Assembly (NCBI GenBank): GCA_046539325.1
Contig: JBKHHD010000009.1
Span: 1 to 38,915, forward strand
Length of the DNA: 38,915 nt
Reading direction: 5' to 3'
From: Candidatus Aenigmatarchaeota archaeon
GTDB taxonomy: Archaea; Aenigmatarchaeota; Aenigmatarchaeia; PWEA01
Under the pieces are notes generated by a model that was not told where the DNA came from, made no database searches, and was given only the letters and a program-made list of their open reading frames with translations. Shown in pieces: positions 18,850 through 25,502 of the stretch. How positions within the stretch are numbered: the stretch's first letter is position 1; each line of letters starts with the position of its first letter. Position numbers and translations under genes: made by a program.

Positions 18850-19962
18850 ATGCCTGAAAAGATAGAGCGTTATGAAACCAAGATGAAGAGATTGAGGAAG
18901 TGGAACGAGGGGAAACCACAGGGACCTATTTCCATCCATCTCGACCCAACGAACCGATGCAGCCTGAACTGCGTCTTCTGCTGGCAAAGGAGCCATGAGA
19001 GAAAGGGGTGGATAAACTACGAGGAACTTGAGGAGGAGAAACTTCTGAAATTGGTGGACGAGGCCGTGGAGCTGGGTGTGGAACACTGGCTTCTATCCGG
19101 CGGCGGGGAGCCGCTCCTGAGGACGGAGACAGCAGTTAAAGTGATGGAGAAGATAAAAGAACACGGGATGCACGGAGATGTAATAACAAGCGGGACAACA
19201 ATCGATGAAGAACACGTCCGAAAACTGGTTGAATGCGGTTGGGATCGTGTCCGGTTTTCGATAAACGCTCCGGAAGCGGAGACACATGATTCCCTTGTAG
19301 GTAAAGAGGGTGCTTTCGAAGACGCGATCAAAACTATAATACGCTTCAACAAGGTGAAGGAAGAACTTGGCCGTGACAAACCTGAAATTGGATTCAATAC
19401 CGTCATAAATTCGAAGAACTGGAACAAGCTCCACGAGATAATGACCCTTCTCGCGAAACTAGGTGGTGGCCTAATGAACGTACAGACGATAATCTTATAC
19501 TCAGAAAAAGAGGAAAAGTGGACTCTGGACGAAGAGAAAAAGAAGAAACTTCCGAAGTACGTGAAAAGGGCAAACGAGATCGCGATGGACAACGGAATAG
19601 ACACGAACGTTGACGAATACCTGCACGAGGGCCTGGTCGACAAGTCCAACGAGATGGACGAGATGGACGAAGTTATCGAAAAGGAAAGGCAGAAAATCAA
19701 AAACAAAGAAGGGTTGAAATCTGCCTACTGTTACGAGCCGTGGTACCTGATGACTATAAGGGCCGACGGAACTGTCGGTTCCTGCCGACTCTTCGGAGAC
19801 GACGGAGTCAGTATCAAAGACAAAAGTTTGCGAGAGGTCTGGTTAGGTGACTACTACCAGAAAAACAGAGAGAAGCTGAAAAAAGGCGAGCCGCTCGACT
19901 TCTGCTCGAAGTGCGGATCAAACGAGTTCTTGGAAAATAAAAAAATAAGGGAAGGTCTTTAA
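18850..19962 (+). CDS. Radical SAM/Twitch protein 10 of 13 (subgroup B)
   Basis: CSLNCVFC, GGGEP, ITSG, variant SINA; CYEPWYLMTIRADGTVGSC...CSKC. Confidence 0.93.
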   Translation: MPEKIERYETKMKRLRKWNEGKPQGPISIHLDPTNRCSLNCVFCWQRSHERKGWINYEELEEEKLLKLVDEAVELGVEHWLLSGGGEPLLRTETAVKVMEKIKEHGMHGDVITSGTTIDEEHVRKLVECGWDRVRFSINAPEAETHDSLVGKEGAFEDAIKTIIRFNKVKEELGRDKPEIGFNTVINSKNWNKLHEIMTLLAKLGGGLMNVQTIILYSEKEEKWTLDEEKKKKLPKYVKRANEIAMDNGIDTNVDEYLHEGLVDKSNEMDEMDEVIEKERQKIKNKEGLKSAYCYEPWYLMTIRADGTVGSCRLFGDDGVSIKDKSLREVWLGDYYQKNREKLKKGEPLDFCSKCGSNEFLENKKIREGL

Positions 19963-19979
19963 GCAGTTGCTGTGATAGG

Positions 19980-21044
19980 ATGAAAGAAATTGTAAAACGG
20001 TTGGAAGCCTGGGAGAAAGGGGAGAAGCCTGGCCCTCAGAGCATACAGCTCAATCCAACCAATCGCTGCAATCTCGCCTGTCGTTTTTGCTGGCAGAGAA
20101 CCAACGACGAAATAGACTACAGTGAGGTCAGCGACGAGAGGTATCTGAATCTAGTCGAGGAGGCGGAAAGCCTCGGCATGGAAGAAATGGAGATCACAGG
20201 CGGCGGGGAGCCCATGCTGAGGAAGGAACTCGTTTTGGAGTTGATGGAAAGGATAAAGGAAGGTAGGATGTCCGGGAAGCTTATTACTAATGGAACCGGT
20301 CTGGATGAAAACGATCTGATAAGAATAGTCGATTCAGGGTGGGACGAAGTCGTATTCAGTGTAGACGGACCAGAGGAAACGCACGACTACCTGAGGCAGG
20401 TGGAGGGTTGTTTCGAAGAAACGGTCAGTTCGATGAAAAAACTTGATTCTTTAAGAGATGGGAAACCAAAAATTACGTTTCACATGGTTCTCTGTAAGAA
20501 GAACTACGACAAAATAAAGGATACAATCAAACTCGCCAAGGAATACGGCTGCGACAACTTCTTCGTGGAGCCTGTTGTAACCCTTGCCTTCGATACGGAA
20601 ATGGGGAAAGAACTGAAGATGTCCCAAAAAGAGATAGAGAAGACTGTCGAAAATCTGGAGAATGCGAAACGAGAAGCAGAGAACAAAGGATTAAACCATA
20701 ACCTCGGTGACCTCAGGGAGGAGCTCATCTCCAGGACGAACGAGATGGACAAAGTCGTGAAGGAGGATGTTTCGGGGACGGAGATGGAGGGAATCAAAGG
20801 CGCTGCTTGCTACGAGCCGTGGTACAACATGATCATTAGGCCTGAGGGGGACGTGGGACCGTGCTGCATGTTCGACAACCAGGGACCAAAGATACAGGAG
20901 AACAGTCTCGAGGAAGTCTGGTTCGGCGAGTACTTCAAAAGCGTCAGGGAAAAAATGGTAAACCACGAAATGCTGTCCTTCTGCTCGAAATGTAATCCTA
21001 GCCAAGTAGCTCGTAACAGGGATATAAGAAAGGTGTTGGAATGA
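19980..21044 (+). CDS. Radical SAM/Twitch protein 11 of 13 (subgroup B)
   Basis: CNLACRFC, GGGEP, ITNG, SVDG; CYEPWYNMIIRPEGDVGPCC...CSKC. Confidence 0.93.
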   Translation: MKEIVKRLEAWEKGEKPGPQSIQLNPTNRCNLACRFCWQRTNDEIDYSEVSDERYLNLVEEAESLGMEEMEITGGGEPMLRKELVLELMERIKEGRMSGKLITNGTGLDENDLIRIVDSGWDEVVFSVDGPEETHDYLRQVEGCFEETVSSMKKLDSLRDGKPKITFHMVLCKKNYDKIKDTIKLAKEYGCDNFFVEPVVTLAFDTEMGKELKMSQKEIEKTVENLENAKREAENKGLNHNLGDLREELISRTNEMDKVVKEDVSGTEMEGIKGAACYEPWYNMIIRPEGDVGPCCMFDNQGPKIQENSLEEVWFGEYFKSVREKMVNHEMLSFCSKCNPSQVARNRDIRKVLE

Positions 21045-22099
21045 ACAAGAAGGTCGAAAAGTTGAAGAAATGGAAAGATGGCGGAAGAGCGAGTCCGTAC
21101 GTTATGGATATAAACCCGACCGACCTCTGCAACCTCAGCTGCAAGTCCTGCTGGCAGAGAAGCGAAGAGTTCGGAGACTTCGACGGGAGCTACGAGCTCA
21201 CGGACAAAAAACTCCGGGAAGTGGTTGACCAAGGAATAGAGATGGGTATAGACAAGTTTAGGATAACTGGAGGCGGGGAACCGTTCATGCGGAAGGACAT
21301 CGTGCTTGAACTTATGGAAAGGATCAAGAATGCGGGTAAAGTTGGAACGATTACAACCAACGGAACCCTGCTCGACGAGGAAGATCTGGACCTTATTATG
21401 GATATAAACTGGGATATAATAACTTTCTCAATAGACGGTCCCAACAAAGAGACCAACGACCGGCTGAGAGGAGAAGGATCCTTTTCGGCCATAAAAAGTT
21501 CTTTACAATATCTAATGAAGTCTGAAAGGGAGGGGCCTGAGGTCAAGTTCAACACCGTTATCTCGAAGAAAAACTACGATAAACTCATCGAAATTATAGA
21601 GCTGGCGAACGAGTTCGAAGTGGAGTACGTAAGCTTTGAAACCATGACTGTTCACTCGGATACCGGCGAAAAGATAAAACTATCCGAGGAGGGGAAGAAA
21701 GAAGTCGTCAGGGAAATTCCAGAGGTAAAGAAAAAAGCCGAAGAGTACGGCATAGGAACCAATGTCCAAGGACTGAAGAAGAAGTACTTCGACAAGACAA
21801 ACGATATGACCGAGGTTCTCTTGGGAAAAGAAATAGGTGACTTCACAAACGTTGCATGCTACGAGCCATGGTACCACCTGGTATTGAAGGTGGATGGTTC
21901 CGCACAGCCCTGCTGCCTTTACGATGCCAAAGAAGAGAACGTGAAGAAAAAATCGCTTGAGGAAATATGGTTCGGAGACTTCTTTCAGGGAATAAGGAAG
22001 AACATAAAAAAAGGCAATTTTTCGAACTACTGTGAAATATGCAACGCTTCCCAGGTAATGGCCAACGAAGAACTTTCAGAAAAGCTACAAAAGCTTTAA
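21041..22099 (+). CDS. Radical SAM/Twitch protein 12 of 13 (subgroup B)
   Basis: CNLSCKSC, GGGEP, TTNG, SIDG; CYEPWYHLVLKVDGSAQPCC...CEIC. Confidence 0.93.
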   Translation: MNKKVEKLKKWKDGGRASPYVMDINPTDLCNLSCKSCWQRSEEFGDFDGSYELTDKKLREVVDQGIEMGIDKFRITGGGEPFMRKDIVLELMERIKNAGKVGTITTNGTLLDEEDLDLIMDINWDIITFSIDGPNKETNDRLRGEGSFSAIKSSLQYLMKSEREGPEVKFNTVISKKNYDKLIEIIELANEFEVEYVSFETMTVHSDTGEKIKLSEEGKKEVVREIPEVKKKAEEYGIGTNVQGLKKKYFDKTNDMTEVLLGKEIGDFTNVACYEPWYHLVLKVDGSAQPCCLYDAKEENVKKKSLEEIWFGDFFQGIRKNIKKGNFSNYCEICNASQVMANEELSEKLQKL

Positions 22100-22102
22100 T
22101 AT
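22095..22102 (+). promoter_or_regulatory. Possible internal TATA box ahead of rSAM13-GT4-GT4
   Basis: TTTAATAT at -30..-23 from ATG 22125, in the largest gap (25 nt) of the operon; same motif and spacing as 30453. Confidence 0.4.
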
Positions 22103-22124
22103 TGTTTTTATAGGGGTGTGTAAC

Positions 22125-23195
22125 ATGGAAGAAGAGATGAGAAGACTGAAAAAATGGGCAAAAGGAGAGCCACAGCCTCCAGTAGGTATAGAGCTGGCTC
22201 CTACGCTGCGATGCAACTTCAGCTGCAAGTTCTGCTGGAGGAGGAAGGAAGATTTCGAGAAAAGCGACGAAGAAATGAAGGTAAGGGAGATGTCGCTGAA
22301 GAGGTACATAGAGCTTTTGGAGGAAGCGGGTGAAATGGGCGTACAAGAAGTTAAGGTTATAGGTGGTGGCGAGCCACTTTTCAGGGACGAAACCTTTGAG
22401 ATAATGAAGGAGATAAAGAGAAACGGGATGCGAGGCTATATATGCACCAACGGATCGCTTTTCACAGAAGATATGATAAAAGAACTTGCTAAAATAGGCT
22501 GGGATCACGTAAAGATGAGTATACATGGCACAAAGGAAACGCATAACGAGATGGTCGAAGCTGAAGCCTTCGAGAAAACAATCGAGAACCTGGGCGCTCT
22601 CGCTGAGTCGTCAGTAGAGACCGAGATAGGTATGGTCGTGGTCAACGAAAACTACGAAGAGATAGAGAAACTTCTGACCATAGCCGAGGACATCGGAGTC
22701 GACCACTTCTTCCTCGAGCCGATAACAGTCTATTCGAAGATGGGTGAAAAACTAGAGCTTAATGAAGAGGAAAGAGAGGAACTTAAGGAAGACCTGCGGA
22801 GGCTACAAACTCTGGCAGAAGAAAAGGATATAAACACCAATTTCCAGGAGTTTGTCGACAACAATCTGGTTGAATCCACCAACAGGATGAAAGAGTTCAT
22901 ACTTTCGAAGATCGACGAGGAAAGCGACTCGTTTGCTGAGATACCTTGCTACGAACCTTTCCTAAGAATGGGTATAAGAGTCGATGGAAGGGTCGCGCCA
23001 TGTGGTTTTTACGATGAGGAGAAAGGCGACTCCGTGAGAAACAAAGACTTGGAGGAGGTTTGGTTTGGTGAATACTTCGAGGAGAGGAGAAAGGAACAGA
23101 AGGAAAAGAAGCTCCCCGACTACTGTTCAAAATGTTGTACAACTCTTGTTAACAGACAGAGAAGACTTGGAAAGAATCTGGAGGAGATACTATGA
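22125..23195 (+). CDS. Radical SAM/Twitch protein 13 of 13 (subgroup B)
   Basis: CNFSCKFC, GGGEP, CTNG, variant SIHG; CYEPFLRMGIRVDGRVAPC...CSKC. Start moved to ATG 22125 (GGGGTG upstream). Confidence 0.93.
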   Translation: MEEEMRRLKKWAKGEPQPPVGIELAPTLRCNFSCKFCWRRKEDFEKSDEEMKVREMSLKRYIELLEEAGEMGVQEVKVIGGGEPLFRDETFEIMKEIKRNGMRGYICTNGSLFTEDMIKELAKIGWDHVKMSIHGTKETHNEMVEAEAFEKTIENLGALAESSVETEIGMVVVNENYEEIEKLLTIAEDIGVDHFFLEPITVYSKMGEKLELNEEEREELKEDLRRLQTLAEEKDINTNFQEFVDNNLVESTNRMKEFILSKIDEESDSFAEIPCYEPFLRMGIRVDGRVAPCGFYDEEKGDSVRNKDLEEVWFGEYFEERRKEQKEKKLPDYCSKCCTTLVNRQRRLGKNLEEIL

Positions 23196-24370
23196 AAATA
23201 TGTGTGGTTTCGAGAGGCGACATATTCCCACCCAATCACGGAGCTGCAGTCAAGCTTTATTATACAATGACCTCTCTGGACAGTATCGGCCATGATGTCT
23301 ACTTCGTCACGGAGGAGAATGACAAGTACTACCACGTCGAAGACGGAGAGTTCGTCGAGAAGGAATATCCCAAGTTATTCCATAAAGCCTTCCACGATAT
23401 GGACCTCTACAAGAAAATAGTCAGATGGCTGGGTGTTCCCGAGGAGGACTGGATCCTCTATCATCCCATGGTAAATCTCAATCTCTGGCTCAGAACGCTT
23501 TACGTCGCTATCAGGGAGGATATCGAGTTATTGCAACCCGAGTTTCCGGCCTTTGCCTTTCCTTCACTCTTCACGAAGCTCTTGACAGGTAAAAAGGTTT
23601 CATTAGTGGAACACAATGTCGAATGTTTCAGAGTGCAGGAAACTGCCGAGGACCTTTCGGATAGGGGTAAAAAGGTAATACATTTCGTGGAAGACTTCGC
23701 GTGCAGACTTTCGAACTACGTACTCCCGGTTTCACAGGAGGATGCTGACAGGTTGGAAAAGTTGAACCTAGACTACACAGAAATAGTACCCATAGGTGTG
23801 GATATAGAGAGATTCGAGAAGGGAGATGGACAGAAAATAAGGGATAAATACAATATAGACGACGACACAACCTTGCTCATTTATCACGGTGTCCTGAACT
23901 ACAGCCCGAATATAGAGGCGGCAGAAATCTTAGAGGAAGATATACTCCCAGAACTCAGGAAAAGAGGGAAAGACTTCAAGCTGTTGCTCGTTGGTGGCTA
24001 TCCGCCCGACGTAGATGACGAGGATATAATAACGACCGGGTTCGTCGGTCCCCTGGAGGACTACATAGATGCAGCGGACATGGCTGTTGTGCCTCTCAGA
24101 TCCGGCGGAGGCCTGACGATGAAAGTACTTGAATACTTCTCTGTCGGAGTTCCGGTAGTCGCCACGGAAAAGGCTATGGAGGGTATAGACGCAGAGGCTG
24201 AAAAACATTTTATAAAGTCGGAAGTAGGCAGTTTCATCGAAAACATCTTAAAGCTTGATGAGGACATCGAAAGGCAAGAGGAGTTAAGTGAGAAAGCACG
24301 GAGTTTCGTAGAAAAATTTGGCTGGGAAAACGTTGCAAAAATGTACGAAAAAGTTTACAAGGAGAGCTGA
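23192..24370 (+). CDS. Family 4 glycosyltransferase (GT-B fold)
   Basis: FPPNHGAA, VEHNVE, VPIGVD, VVPLRSGGGLTMKVLEYFSVGVPVVAT, FGWENVA. Confidence 0.92.
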   Translation: MKICVVSRGDIFPPNHGAAVKLYYTMTSLDSIGHDVYFVTEENDKYYHVEDGEFVEKEYPKLFHKAFHDMDLYKKIVRWLGVPEEDWILYHPMVNLNLWLRTLYVAIREDIELLQPEFPAFAFPSLFTKLLTGKKVSLVEHNVECFRVQETAEDLSDRGKKVIHFVEDFACRLSNYVLPVSQEDADRLEKLNLDYTEIVPIGVDIERFEKGDGQKIRDKYNIDDDTTLLIYHGVLNYSPNIEAAEILEEDILPELRKRGKDFKLLLVGGYPPDVDDEDIITTGFVGPLEDYIDAADMAVVPLRSGGGLTMKVLEYFSVGVPVVATEKAMEGIDAEAEKHFIKSEVGSFIENILKLDEDIERQEELSEKARSFVEKFGWENVAKMYEKVYKES

Positions 24371-24371
24371 A

Positions 24372-25502
24372 ATGGGTAAAGACATACTTTTCCTCACACC
24401 ATACAATATCTTCCCGCCCTTCTGGGGAGGTGGTACAAGAACCTACAACCTTATCAAGCATCTCTCCAAGGAAAACAACGTACATGTGATAATGCCGTCC
24501 TACAGGCAGTTCAAGGACAAAAAAGGTCTGAAACACAGAAGGAAACTTAAGGAAATGGATGTGGAGTATGAGCTTGTTGGACCGGGTACTAGCTGGATAC
24601 AATATACAAATCCCCTGCTTTTCACGAAAGCTCTGAAAAAGACCAGGGAAGAAGATATAGATCTCATAATATGTGACTATCCTTGGTCGGGCTTTTATGC
24701 TCTTGCACTTCACAAACTAACACAGACACCTTTCTTCCTCATGGAGCATAACGTGGAGTTCGAGGTTGCAGAACAGACAGGGTATGAAGATCCACGGCTT
24801 ACCAAGAACCTCGAGGGTAAGTTATGTGACAAAGCATCCAAAGTCTTCTGTGTTTGTGGAAGCGATAAGGATAAGTTATGCAATGAGTTTGGAATACCTT
24901 CGGGCAAAGTATCAGTCCTCGACAATGGTTTTGATTCCGATCGTTTCAACATGGAGGACGGCGACGGAAAAAAGATAAGGAAAGAACTAGGTGTAGGAAA
25001 CGATCCGCTGATATTCTTCTGCGGGAAAATGGACTACGTACCCAACAGCGAGGCCGTGGGTTTAATATACCATGAGGTGATGCCACGTGTCCTTGAAGAG
25101 GTTCCCGATGCAAAGTTCCTGATAGTCGGTGGTGGATACAATCTAGGTTTTTCCCACGAGTCGATGATATTTACTGGTGTGGTCGACCATCTCGTTGACT
25201 ACCTCCGGGCATCCGACCTGGTGATAACGCCTCTGAGGAGAGGTGGTGGGACTCGAATAAAGGTTCTTGAGGCGATAGGCTGCGGCAAGGATATAGTTTC
25301 TACGCCAAAAGGTGTGGAGGGTCTAATAAACGAGTATACCGAGTCTTTCATAAACGTTGAGAAAAACTGGGATGATTTTGCAGACGCTGTCATCGAAAAG
25401 ATAACAAACGGCAAGGATCCTAAGCCAAGGGACGAGTTCTTCGAAAAGTACGCGTGGGAGAACATCTACAAGAAGATAGATCCATACATAGAGGCTATCT
25501 AG
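24372..25502 (+). CDS. Family 4 glycosyltransferase (GT-B fold), paralogue of the previous gene
   Basis: FPPFWGGGTR, MEHNVE, DNGFD, PLRRGGGTRIKVLEAIGCG, YAWENI. Start moved to ATG 24372. Confidence 0.92.
   Translation: MGKDILFLTPYNIFPPFWGGGTRTYNLIKHLSKENNVHVIMPSYRQFKDKKGLKHRRKLKEMDVEYELVGPGTSWIQYTNPLLFTKALKKTREEDIDLIICDYPWSGFYALALHKLTQTPFFLMEHNVEFEVAEQTGYEDPRLTKNLEGKLCDKASKVFCVCGSDKDKLCNEFGIPSGKVSVLDNGFDSDRFNMEDGDGKKIRKELGVGNDPLIFFCGKMDYVPNSEAVGLIYHEVMPRVLEEVPDAKFLIVGGGYNLGFSHESMIFTGVVDHLVDYLRASDLVITPLRRGGGTRIKVLEAIGCGKDIVSTPKGVEGLINEYTESFINVEKNWDDFADAVIEKITNGKDPKPRDEFFEKYAWENIYKKIDPYIEAI

Noticed and set aside
19651-19670. gagatggac tandem duplication (EMDEMDE) in rSAM10
   Set aside because: A 9-nt in-frame micro-duplication in a linker; no evidence of phase variation.
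9101-23195. The 13 rSAMs as RiPP maturases for the His/Ser precursor or another peptide
   Set aside because: They have no RRE-length N-terminal extension, no small ORF lies in or beside the array, and they are coupled to glycan genes. The precursor has its own maturase (HxsB) in a separate operon. Not formally excluded.
9101-23195. Heme d1/alternative heme (NirJ, AhbC/D), PQQ, MoaA or cobalamin-dependent methylase/GDGT enzyme assignments
   Set aside because: No partner genes for those pathways, no B12-binding domain, no MoaA C-terminal GG, and only a short 4-5 Cys auxiliary domain.
9101-23195. Array as an assembly artefact
   Set aside because: Copies are strongly diverged in protein and at synonymous sites; no long identical DNA was seen between them.
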